DNA of 46,605 bases from an uncultured archaeon (GCA_964473825.1 CAYYQL010000009.1:33499-80103); one strand, 5' to 3'; shown: positions 25,948-35,266, counted from the first letter of the stretch. Notes: generated by a model from the letters alone, not told the origin. A program made the numbers and translations.

Positions 25948-27776
25948 TCCTCGACCATCTCGATCCAGTCTGGAACTGGTATATCTTCTTTCTCGATATC
26001 CAGTGCCCATCTCGTGATTCCCTCTGAGTCCGTTCCAACTTCTTCAAAACCATGACGCTTATAGAAGTCCCTTGCGGGGGGATTCTTCTTTGTTGGAATG
26101 ACCTCACCAATGACTCTTCGCGCGTTTCTATCCCGTGCATAGGAGAGTATCTTCGATAGGAACGCTGTTTCCACAGACCGGCCAATGACTCTACAACTCA
26201 TCAGAAAGGAATCGATTATGCAGTCGTCATTCTCCATCTTCGTGATTGCTACACCTACAATCCCTTCATCGCCGAACTTGTCCTTCACAGCCATACTGAA
26301 GACCGCATATTCGTCAGACTCTCTGAACGATTCCACCTCTGCGTCAGTATACCGACGAGTTGTCAGGTTGAATTGATTGGTCTTCCCTATCAGTTGAACT
26401 ACTCGCGGTTTGCCAAAGTCATCAACTTGCTTCACATTCACTTTCAAGTCAAGCGTTCTAAGGAAGTCTTCCACGGAACCGGTCTTCTCTTCGAGTTCTG
26501 CCCTCTTTCGTTTCCCGACGTACATCTCTCCTCGTTTCATGTCTTCCCGTGTCAATGAAAGAACATCAAAGACCTTCAGATTCTCCAGGGTCTCTCGATA
26601 CAGCTGTGGGTTTTCGGGCATCTCTACGACCATCACCTCAGGCAGTGCCTGACGGACTTGGGCTCTCTCGTGAGGATTGTCATCCATGAATACCATGCTG
26701 TCAAGACCAATGTTAATCTCTTCAGCAAGTTCCATCATGTTCTGCGCCTTATTCTGCCAATTAATCCTGAATGCGGCGAAGTGTTCCTCTCTGAGAATCT
26801 GATGCGGATGCTCGCGGATGGGTTTCATCGCATCATCCCAGTTGTTCTTGCTGTTGATTGCCAGAATGACTCCCCGATTGTAGAGACCGAGTAGTGCTCG
26901 CTGGAAGTCCATGAATTCGACGCCGGGAGGGGTCGGTCCCAGACGTATTCCTTCGATTCCATCTTCTCCCACGACTCCACCCCAGAGGGTGTTATCCAGA
27001 TCAAGGACTATGCACTTCTTAGTCAAGCCCTTGAGGGCTCTAACATACCTCGCATACTCTGAGGCAAGAGAGGGCACGAAATCAGTGGCAAACATCACCG
27101 ACCCTCTGTAGTATGTCTTCCAGTCTACCACTCTCGACTTGCCATAGCCTCCACTAACAGAATCGAGGTCGAAGACGAAGACCGTCGAGTCGTCCCGAAA
27201 GACCCGCGCGAGTTTCCTGTTTGCCTCGTGGAAGAATCGACGAAGACCAATCTCTTCTTTGTTATCCACAACACCAAGAGGCGTAAACTCAGGAACAATG
27301 AAGTTGTTGACTAGCACGAGAGCGGATGCGTTGTTTCTCAAGGCCTCTACAATACTGACCAAATCATCAACCATATGCTGGAAATGGTCTTCACGTTCAT
27401 CATGACTCATCCTCACGAATCTCGCGGTGAACATGGCGTCAAGAAGTGAGGCAGCGTCCACAGCCAGAATGACGAGGTCCGGCTGATGCTGGTAGAGTGC
27501 CGAGTCAGTGTCCAATGCCTCCTGACGGAACACATTGAAGCCACCGACGAAGGTCTCAGGCTGAAGACCCATGAGCCTGACTTTAACATCAAGACACGCG
27601 GCAACGGGCTCCAAGGTGGATGACCCGATGACGGCTAACCGTATGGTCTTCTTCTCATCGTCTGACGGCTCAAGCTCAAGCTTCTGGATTCTCTTGTATG
27701 CACTCCAGAGGTCAAGGTAATTGTTCTCATCCTTGATCGACCCGAGAATACTATCTAGAGCATCAGAGCTGTTCAT
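25944..27776 (-). CDS. fkbH: FkbH-like HAD-IIIC phosphatase / glyceryl-ACP transferase
   Basis: KCIVLDLDNTLWGGVVGEDG, SKNN, INWQNK, FMDDNPHER, KTNQFNLTTRRY, DKFGDEG, FLMSCRVIGR, plus a long N-terminal extension. Confidence 0.93.
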   Translation of the reverse strand: MNSSDALDSILGSIKDENNYLDLWSAYKRIQKLELEPSDDEKKTIRLAVIGSSTLEPVAACLDVKVRLMGLQPETFVGGFNVFRQEALDTDSALYQHQPDLVILAVDAASLLDAMFTARFVRMSHDEREDHFQHMVDDLVSIVEALRNNASALVLVNNFIVPEFTPLGVVDNKEEIGLRRFFHEANRKLARVFRDDSTVFVFDLDSVSGGYGKSRVVDWKTYYRGSVMFATDFVPSLASEYARYVRALKGLTKKCIVLDLDNTLWGGVVGEDGIEGIRLGPTPPGVEFMDFQRALLGLYNRGVILAINSKNNWDDAMKPIREHPHQILREEHFAAFRINWQNKAQNMMELAEEINIGLDSMVFMDDNPHERAQVRQALPEVMVVEMPENPQLYRETLENLKVFDVLSLTREDMKRGEMYVGKRKRAELEEKTGSVEDFLRTLDLKVNVKQVDDFGKPRVVQLIGKTNQFNLTTRRYTDAEVESFRESDEYAVFSMAVKDKFGDEGIVGVAITKMENDDCIIDSFLMSCRVIGRSVETAFLSKILSYARDRNARRVIGEVIPTKKNPPARDFYKRHGFEEVGTDSEGITRWALDIEKEDIPVPDWIEMVEE

Positions 27777-28212
27777 CTTCGTCAACACTCCTCGTTGACA
27801 ATTCGGTTGCCATTCCGTTTAGTAGTTTGCGAATGTATTCGTCACCTAGGCTGTGACCAGCAGGAATGGCAAGGGCCACAGCCGCTGCGTAGTCGTGAGT
27901 GTGTGATAGACTTACAATCACTCGATGAGTGGTAAAAGGGTACTCAACACATGGCGCCCCACTTTCGTCACGCAGAATCTCAATCTCGTTCATTGATGTT
28001 CCGTGCCTGATACCTATTGCCTTCAAGACAGCCTCCTTCCCGGCGAAAGTCGCTGCAAGATGGGGTACAGGGTCAGAAAAGGCTCGGCAGTATTCTAATT
28101 CACGTTCTGTGTAATTCCGGGCATAAAACGAAGAGTCATCAGAAATGACTCGAAATCGCTTCAACTCGGTGATATCGACACCGAGCCCAAGACCATCATC
28201 AGACTGCATCAT
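27763..28212 (-). CDS. acpS: Holo-ACP synthase (AcpS-type 4'-phosphopantetheinyl transferase)
   Basis: GLGVDI, YTERELEYC, FAGKEAVLKA, EIEILRDESGAP, VSLSHTHDYAAAV. Start moved to ATG 28212/28209. Confidence 0.92.
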   Translation of the reverse strand: MMQSDDGLGLGVDITELKRFRVISDDSSFYARNYTERELEYCRAFSDPVPHLAATFAGKEAVLKAIGIRHGTSMNEIEILRDESGAPCVEYPFTTHRVIVSLSHTHDYAAAVALAIPAGHSLGDEYIRKLLNGMATELSTRSVDEDEQL

Positions 28213-28264
28213 TCTTCTCACTCGGTACGGGCTGTTGACAGAGCGCTCATTCTTAAATTCTGAG

Positions 28265-29701
28265 TTATTCGTCCTCAAGTCGGTCCAAATCGCCCTCCAT
28301 CACGGATGTAGACCAGGGATATCGATCCAGAATACGGTCCATGAGGCGACGAACTTTCCTCTCTTCGGACGTACCTGAGTATACAAGAAGAACTACGAGA
28401 CCACCTCGGGTCCGCTTGAACTTCTGATACATAGTCTTAGTTGTATTGATGGCATCGCACACCACCATAACATCTGCCTGAGGGATGTCAAGATCACGTT
28501 CCCCTACCGGAGAGAGAACCAGAGCTCGTAATTCAGTTTCTTCTCTGAAAGCCCTCAAGACCTCACCCTTATCTCTTGTCTGCCCAGTAATGCGCTCCGC
28601 TCTGATGCCGGCCTTCTCCAGAGCTTCGACAAGTTGATCAACCATCTCCAAATACGAAGTGAGAATGAGGGTCTTCTGGTATCTCTTCGCAATGGATACG
28701 ACGGGTGGAACTTTCGGTGAAACATCGGGTAGTGCGCGCCGCAGGTCGTTCACGTTGAAGTAATGCTTCAGATATGGATTATAGAACATCTTGATAGATT
28801 GGGTCGGCGGCATGGCATAGACATATTTGCGCAATAGCAGTAAGCCAGTATACCTGCCCTTGAGTTCATCTGAAATCGGCAGCCGTTCAATCATCATGTG
28901 GACTCTTCGGGCGTCGCCCTCAACCAGAAACAGATTATCACTGTCGGCAAGATCGTTGAAGATTTCGTTCTTGGTGTTGCGAATCAACTCGTCCAGTACG
29001 AGACTGATTGAACGGATCTGACGGTTGTCTACTCGACTGACTGTGAGGTATGTTGGTTCGAGATACTCATCGATATCTGTATCGTAGAGGTCGTCCATGG
29101 ATATCATCTTGGAGTTCGGGATGAATCTCTGAAGAGTCGTGAGCTCGTCACGAATCTCCACCTGCTCTCTTCCAAAGACTGCATGGTCATCCCGTAGTGT
29201 TCCGCTCATTCCGATTATCCATTTATCGCGGAAGAACGAGAGGAGCTTGGTCCAAGGAAAAACCAAGGCGGTTCGTCCTCCAGATCGTCGTACAAGCGTA
29301 TCAACCTCATTGATAAGAAGAATGTCTATGTCGTCGAACAGCAAGGGGTTCTTCTGTAGAGCATTCGCAAGCACCTGAGGTGTGGCCACAATAACTCGGT
29401 TCTCCTTAATCACATACGGGCGCCTTCCAGATGGTATTCGTGATGAAAGCTCGCCCAACTGGTCTTCCAGTCCTCCGTACTCGCCCTTCAAGTAGTCCAC
29501 TGTTTCAGCGAGCGAGGAGCTCGAATGCACAACGATTATGATGCGACGGTTAGGATACCTCTCTGCAACTAGTTGATGTGTGATGAATCGCTTGCCAAGC
29601 CCACAATCTAGCTCAAGCAGGGTGTTCTGACCTGTCATATCCTCCAGCTGGCTCAGGATGTACTCTTGATATCCTCGCGGAGTGTATTTGGCATTGGTCA
29701 T
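28265..29701 (-). CDS. SF2 (Hef/FANCM-like) helicase-fold protein with degenerate motifs
   Basis: PRGYQ Q-motif, CGLGKR, VIVATPQ, INEVD, MSGT, VGERDLDIP, QKFKRTRG, GTSEE. Confidence 0.78.
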   Translation of the reverse strand: MTNAKYTPRGYQEYILSQLEDMTGQNTLLELDCGLGKRFITHQLVAERYPNRRIIIVVHSSSSLAETVDYLKGEYGGLEDQLGELSSRIPSGRRPYVIKENRVIVATPQVLANALQKNPLLFDDIDILLINEVDTLVRRSGGRTALVFPWTKLLSFFRDKWIIGMSGTLRDDHAVFGREQVEIRDELTTLQRFIPNSKMISMDDLYDTDIDEYLEPTYLTVSRVDNRQIRSISLVLDELIRNTKNEIFNDLADSDNLFLVEGDARRVHMMIERLPISDELKGRYTGLLLLRKYVYAMPPTQSIKMFYNPYLKHYFNVNDLRRALPDVSPKVPPVVSIAKRYQKTLILTSYLEMVDQLVEALEKAGIRAERITGQTRDKGEVLRAFREETELRALVLSPVGERDLDIPQADVMVVCDAINTTKTMYQKFKRTRGGLVVLLVYSGTSEERKVRRLMDRILDRYPWSTSVMEGDLDRLEDE

Positions 29702-29795
29702 CGCATCACCCAGTTCCCTAGAGAGGGATATGAACTCAACTTAGAAACGCTTGTATATCTTTGCCACATCTGAGAGAGCATTGAGAAGACAATAG

Positions 29796-30620
29796 CTAGC
29801 CGCTGACGCTGTGCTTCTCCTCAGAGTGGACAAGCTCTACTTCAACCGGTTGCGCCTTTCTAGGTATAATCTTACCATGGACCCAAATAGAATTTGGGGG
29901 AATCACTTTGTCTTTCGGAACTGTGGAGTTCGCGGCAATAATCACATCATCTCCAATCTGGGCACCGGGAAGAACCACAGCATTGGCACCGATCAATACA
30001 CGATCACCAATGGTGACTTCTTTGAGATAGAGGCCGCGTCCCTCATAGACATGCCCAGACACTATCGCGTCATAACCGAAGAAGCAGTCGTCGCCTATCA
30101 CAGTTCGTTCCGGATTGAAGAGTCGACCATTTCCAACAATTGTGTTCGACCCTATCTTTGCACCGAATAGGATGTGTCGTGGCTTTGTGTCGAGAAAAAC
30201 TGTAAAGAACCATGCGAAATAGGGAAACAGCACATAGTACACCTCGTAGAGCTCGTAGAGCAACCACTCCTCCGTCTCTATGGGATAGAATCCGTCAGGA
30301 AGGTCGGGTATGAGCCGACGAGAGAGCTTGAATAGAGCTAGAGTGAATCCTAAGAATAGTGAATATGAAATGAGCGTAATCGGAACAAAGAGCAGCAGGA
30401 ACCAGAATCGTTCATAGACAAACGTTGGTAGGAATGTCCCTAGAAACAGCTCGGCGTAGACAGGAAGGTCAGCGAAAATCCAGCCAAGTCCTCGAACCCA
30501 GACATCTATGTTGTTATACATTGCAAAGAGGAAGAAGAGTCCGGGGATGGATGCTAGTGTAAGACTGAGGAATATCGATAGCACCATGTAAGCAGAATAT
30601 GCAATAGACCGTGGTTTCAT
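29796..30620 (-). CDS. Membrane-anchored hexapeptide-repeat acyltransferase-like protein
   Basis: Several N-terminal TM segments, then LFGAKIGSN, TVIGDDCFFG...SGH, VTIGDRVLIGANAVVLPGAQIGDDVIIAANS. Start moved to ATG 30620. Confidence 0.82.
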   Translation of the reverse strand: MKPRSIAYSAYMVLSIFLSLTLASIPGLFFLFAMYNNIDVWVRGLGWIFADLPVYAELFLGTFLPTFVYERFWFLLLFVPITLISYSLFLGFTLALFKLSRRLIPDLPDGFYPIETEEWLLYELYEVYYVLFPYFAWFFTVFLDTKPRHILFGAKIGSNTIVGNGRLFNPERTVIGDDCFFGYDAIVSGHVYEGRGLYLKEVTIGDRVLIGANAVVLPGAQIGDDVIIAANSTVPKDKVIPPNSIWVHGKIIPRKAQPVEVELVHSEEKHSVSG

Positions 30621-30835
30621 TCGAAGACAGCTCTGGGTATGGTAGTCTTGTGGGGAGATTTGCACCTTTTAAGATATGCTGCATGACACATTGAATTCTG
30701 GCATTAGAGTTCAAGACGGTAAGATTCCTGCATGAGAAACAAGTTGCCACATGAGGTTCGTCAGACCGGCTACGCAGGGAGGATAAATATATAGAGGGCC
30801 TCCAATGTGCCCCCGTATCCTAGCTGAGCGTAAAG

Positions 30836-32074
30836 GTGCCTATGATGGTTCATGATGTTGTAATTGTTGGTACAGGTCCCGCAGGACTAATGACGGCGGA
30901 ACAATCCGCAGGGAAGGGACTAGACACACTCGTTCTGGAGAAGAGGAAGAGAGTGATTGATTCTCTCATGGGAGAACTCGTGACTGACAAGGCCCTCAGA
31001 ATGCTCAGGGTGAAACCGACCTCCGAATACGTCGGAAACAAGTTCACAGCCATAGTCGGAGAGAGCCTTGATACAGGGGCCAACATCGTCGTTGACCGAA
31101 CCCTGCTTGGAAACTCCTATCTCTTGGATGAGGATTGCTGTCAGGAATTGATGCGAGATAGAGCTCTTTCAGATGGAGCTGAATTCCGCTACAATAGCCG
31201 TGTTGGTTCGGTGATCAAGGAGAATGGCACCGTCGTCGGCGTCAAATACAACAAGACTGAGACTGCAAGAGCGGGCCTCACTGTTGGCGCAGACGGATCC
31301 TTTAGTAGGGTGTCAGCGACAGCCGGGTTTACACATCCAAAATGGCTCCTTAGCTACGGATATCGTTACAAACTAGCTAACTGCAAGAATGTTGACCCGG
31401 GAACGGCATACTTCTACGTGGGAGAAGATGTGGGCCTTGGCTATCTCTGGCTCTATCCTCGAAGTGAGACAGAGGTCAACCTCGGCATAGGAAGAGTGCC
31501 TTCCTCGGTTGAGAACTGGAACAAACTTATGCCGATGCGAGACGTGCTGAACAAGTATATGCGGGAACATGAAGAAACTCGCAATGCAAAGATTGTCGCT
31601 GTAAACGGGGGAGTTGTGCCATGTGCAGGAATAATCCCAAGATTTACTGATGCGGGAGTTTCATTATGCGGTAACTCAGCAGGCCAAGTCAGCAGTATCG
31701 TTGGCGGCGGGGTTACAACTTGTCTTCACGCAGGGAGAATGCTATCACAGCATGCAAGACGGATGACGGACGAGGCAGACTACTCTGCAAAGAGCGTCAA
31801 ACAGTACGAAAAAGAGTATCGAAACAGCAAACTTGCATACAACATCACTCAAACTGGAAAGGGAATGTATGCTGTGGCCAAATACGCCATGTTCAATGAT
31901 CCCATCGATGCAGCAGAGATTGTCTTGGAGGAGTTGGACGCAAGGACACTCAATGAGTTGATACAGGGTACTGCAGGCGTTCCTACATACATGAACCTGT
32001 TCAGTAATTTTCTCCCGACGGTAATCAGAATCGGCGTGGGATACCTGAAGGCAATCGCAGTGAGTGGACCCTAG
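30836..32074 (+). CDS. Geranylgeranyl reductase family FAD-dependent oxidoreductase
   Basis: DVVIVGTGPAG, GADGSFS, GYLWLYP, VNLGIG, GNSAGQV...GGGV. Confidence 0.85.
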   Translation: MPMMVHDVVIVGTGPAGLMTAEQSAGKGLDTLVLEKRKRVIDSLMGELVTDKALRMLRVKPTSEYVGNKFTAIVGESLDTGANIVVDRTLLGNSYLLDEDCCQELMRDRALSDGAEFRYNSRVGSVIKENGTVVGVKYNKTETARAGLTVGADGSFSRVSATAGFTHPKWLLSYGYRYKLANCKNVDPGTAYFYVGEDVGLGYLWLYPRSETEVNLGIGRVPSSVENWNKLMPMRDVLNKYMREHEETRNAKIVAVNGGVVPCAGIIPRFTDAGVSLCGNSAGQVSSIVGGGVTTCLHAGRMLSQHARRMTDEADYSAKSVKQYEKEYRNSKLAYNITQTGKGMYAVAKYAMFNDPIDAAEIVLEELDARTLNELIQGTAGVPTYMNLFSNFLPTVIRIGVGYLKAIAVSGP

Positions 32075-32292
32075 GACGAACGAAGAAAAGAGAAGAGGCG
32101 AGAGAGGGTCGCCCCCCATCCCGGCCTCGTGTCAGTAGAACACCTCTGTACCATACCCAGATGGTATCCGCGTCTTTCGGTTTTGAAAGCGAAAGATTCT
32201 GCGTGTTACCGCAACAAGAGAAATGGCACGAACATTATAAAGACATTGCTGTTTTGGATATTCACAAAGTTATAATGTATTGATAGACAACC

Positions 32293-33354
32293 GTGTCTTT
32301 GAAAGAAGACGGTGATGGCATGGAGCTGGAACGGGAAACCACAGAAAAGTTGAACCTCCTTGGTCTTAAGACGGGCACGGATTCAGAGTCTAGGAGTGTG
32401 ACTCTACTCAGAACTATGCTCCGACTCCAGAGTGAAACGAAGGAACCCATGGAGTTTGCAGAGATTTACGACGCAATGGTTCAAGAGGAGGGAATGAAAC
32501 TCAGCAAGACCTGGATTCACCGACTACTGAAGGGACTTACCGACTCCGAGTTGGTGCGCATCGAGGGAGATAGAACGTACCGTAAGCGATTCATAGCGGA
32601 CATCACGACCTTAGCAAGAGGATTAGAGCATCTTAGAACTCAGAGAGTAGAGGAAGTCCACTCCGAAGTTCAACAGCTTGAAGACGAGGCGCAGCGGGTC
32701 AAGGAGATTGACTGTGGACAGCTGGCCCAAGAGATTATTGTCACTATTACGGGTAGAGAGGAGGTACCGCGTGCAAGGTTCATCCAAGGCATGGAAGAAC
32801 TTGACCGTGTCTTGAGGTACGAGATAACAGACATTGCTCAGGAGGGCGATGTAATCAGAGCTACGGTGATGCACGGACGGGCCTTCTTAGAAGGGGGAAT
32901 TCAACGTACCTACAAGTTTGTCAGAGCAGCTAAGAGAGGGGCAGAGATCAGATACATGTTCCGACCAGAGTTTTTTGCCATGGATGAGGAGCTCGTTGAG
33001 AAGATGGGGCAGGAGGGGATTGCACTGTTCATCGATGAGATGATTCGGATGGGGGCAGAGGGCATCCAGTTCCTGGTGAGAGTTAGCAGAGAGCCAAAGA
33101 CCTACAACCAAGTTGCATTGAATGCAGAGAAGCTTGCTTTGATTATCACTGAGGAGCCGCTCAATGCCACTCTTGTCACCAGAGAGTTCAATCCAGACCT
33201 CGTCCAAAGTGCCATCGAGAACTTCGATACGGCGTGGAATAGAGCGTTCTCCGTAAGTGAATTCTCCAAAGAGCAGTTTAAGATGATTCTGGATGAGGGT
33301 CCTAAATTCATACTTGAAGCAATGGGTAGTCCAGAAGACAGAGTAACAGAGTGA
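32293..33354 (+). CDS. TrmB-like regulator, paralog 1 (wHTH + coiled coil + PLD-like domain)
   Basis: LSKTWIHRLLKGLTDSELVRI (wHTH), heptad helix, GAEIRYM, FDTAWNRA. Confidence 0.68.
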   Translation: MSLKEDGDGMELERETTEKLNLLGLKTGTDSESRSVTLLRTMLRLQSETKEPMEFAEIYDAMVQEEGMKLSKTWIHRLLKGLTDSELVRIEGDRTYRKRFIADITTLARGLEHLRTQRVEEVHSEVQQLEDEAQRVKEIDCGQLAQEIIVTITGREEVPRARFIQGMEELDRVLRYEITDIAQEGDVIRATVMHGRAFLEGGIQRTYKFVRAAKRGAEIRYMFRPEFFAMDEELVEKMGQEGIALFIDEMIRMGAEGIQFLVRVSREPKTYNQVALNAEKLALIITEEPLNATLVTREFNPDLVQSAIENFDTAWNRAFSVSEFSKEQFKMILDEGPKFILEAMGSPEDRVTE

Positions 33355-34292
33355 GGAATATGGATTCGCAGTTGGCCCAAAGCATCCTTGAGGTCATAGG
33401 ATTCGATGCAGATGAAAACAAGACCAAGGTTCTCGCAGCAATTGTGAAATCAAAAACTCATTCAAGGGACTGGGTTTCTTTCAAGAATCTCTATGCCCAG
33501 CTGCTCCTTGAGAAAGGCTCAATCCATGTTGCTGAACCTCTTGTGTATAGGGCCTTATCAGACCTAGAAGAGGAGGGATATATCTCCGTTGACAGATCAG
33601 GTTACAGGCATCGTTACCAATCCAACCTATCACAAATCACATCAGCTCTGAGGACAAGGATCATCACAACCAAGAGAAACATCCGCGGCAAGATAAAGCA
33701 TCTTTCGAGGAAACTCGAGGTTGTTCGGGATCTTGAAAACAACCCCCCGACCCAGATTCTCTTCGAATACATCACCGAAACCAGACTAGAAGAGAGAACG
33801 GAGTACGTGACCGGCATCGACAGTGTAAGAAGCCTGATTGATGAGAAGATCTATGCACGGGCACGAAAAGGCGATATCGTACGTATATCCACCGCTTGGA
33901 CCCGCTCACACTGGTCGCAGGCCGAACAGCGGTTCTCACGTCTCGGCTTACTTGCACGACGGGAAGCTATCATCCGTGTTCTGACCTCGAAGGAATGGAT
34001 AGTACCTGATACAATCGGTGAGGCTCTCAAGAAATACTATGGGAAACTCAAGGACGCTTCAATGCAGATTGAAGTCAGACGCCGTACTAGTGAGAAAGCC
34101 ATCTATCAGATGGTGGCGCGTAACGTCGATGAGATGGTGCTGATTGTCTCAGAAGACCCAGTTTCGGCCATATTCATACCCAGAAACGCCAACCCCATGC
34201 TTATTGACAGCTCCGTGAGAGCATTCGACGATGAATTCAGCAAGGGAGTAAACATCATTGAAGAAGATCTTTGGAGGGAGCTAGAGCAGTGA
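33351..34292 (+). CDS. TrmB-like regulator, paralog 2
   Basis: EPLVYRALSDLEEEGYISVD..GYRHRY, coiled coil, IEVRRR, MVLIVSEDP, FDDEF; GTGA overlap with paralog 1. Confidence 0.68.
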   Translation: MRNMDSQLAQSILEVIGFDADENKTKVLAAIVKSKTHSRDWVSFKNLYAQLLLEKGSIHVAEPLVYRALSDLEEEGYISVDRSGYRHRYQSNLSQITSALRTRIITTKRNIRGKIKHLSRKLEVVRDLENNPPTQILFEYITETRLEERTEYVTGIDSVRSLIDEKIYARARKGDIVRISTAWTRSHWSQAEQRFSRLGLLARREAIIRVLTSKEWIVPDTIGEALKKYYGKLKDASMQIEVRRRTSEKAIYQMVARNVDEMVLIVSEDPVSAIFIPRNANPMLIDSSVRAFDDEFSKGVNIIEEDLWRELEQ

Positions 34293-35236
34293 GTTTCTCA
34301 CCAAGAGAGATCTTCGATGTCCTTGATGTGGATGTGGAAGGCAGTGAGATGCAGGTTTTGAAGACCCTAATCGAGCTATCAGAAACTGGAACGAAGAACC
34401 TGACTGCGAACAGCATCCATGATGAGTTTGTCAGGAAGAGGGGTAGAGAGGTATCAGTATCATGGATCTACAAGTGCCTCAAGAGCCTAGAGAAGGAAGG
34501 TCTTGTCCTCGTTGACTCAATGCGCCGCCCCCATCACTATGACACCTCACCTAGCGTACTAAGGAACGCGGTACTGGATAGACTGAAGACAATGAAGCAG
34601 CGCAAACGGGCAGAGCTTGACCGGCAGAAAGAGTATCTTAGCATCTTGGACTCTGTGGATGTTGACGAACTGGCGATCTACGTACTTGAACAGATTCTTG
34701 GTGCACGGACGACAGTACAGGAGCGGGTGGTAGAGGGAAACGAAGCAGTTGGCCACGTGATGATTGAGGAGTTGGTTTCCAAGGGCGGCAAGGGAGATGT
34801 TCTGAGGACGATACAGCCCCTCGCAACTATTCAGAATGCGAATGTAGTGTTTGGACCTTTCGAGGAGAAGATGCTAGATGCAATGATAAAAGGGCTTCAA
34901 ATCAAAGCGTTAATTGTGCCTCCAGAAGGAAACATCGATGTAGTATGCATTATGAATGATTATCTTGGCAGTCACAGAGAAAGGGTTGGCACTCTGATTG
35001 AAACAGGACAATTGGAACTCCGTTTGCTTCCCACACATAGGAATACATACCGCATGATGTGCATGAATAGTCAAACAATGCTTCTCTTCATTTCCGAGCT
35101 CTATCTGCCAGATACGGCAGCGGTCTTCTATGAGAATGACTCATACCCAATCATCTCTGACGCCCTGAATCTCTTCTTCGAGCTGTGGGAGGAAGCGCAA
35201 GATCTGGGACACGCTCTTATCAAGAACATTTGCTAG
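34289..35236 (+). CDS. TrmB-like regulator, paralog 3
   Basis: SVSWIYKCLKSLEKEGLVLVD..RRPHHY, GLQIKALI, LELRLL, FFELWEEA. GTG 34289 overlaps the upstream stop and has SD GGAGG. Confidence 0.7.
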   Translation: MSFSPREIFDVLDVDVEGSEMQVLKTLIELSETGTKNLTANSIHDEFVRKRGREVSVSWIYKCLKSLEKEGLVLVDSMRRPHHYDTSPSVLRNAVLDRLKTMKQRKRAELDRQKEYLSILDSVDVDELAIYVLEQILGARTTVQERVVEGNEAVGHVMIEELVSKGGKGDVLRTIQPLATIQNANVVFGPFEEKMLDAMIKGLQIKALIVPPEGNIDVVCIMNDYLGSHRERVGTLIETGQLELRLLPTHRNTYRMMCMNSQTMLLFISELYLPDTAAVFYENDSYPIISDALNLFFELWEEAQDLGHALIKNIC

Positions 35237-35266
35237 AAGCACAATGCGATAGCCCGCACAATGATA

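Noticed and set aside
25702-28212. Fatty-acid synthase or PKS cluster
   Set aside because: No ketosynthase, malonyl transferase or reductase genes are present in the window; only carrier activation and glyceryl loading are supported.
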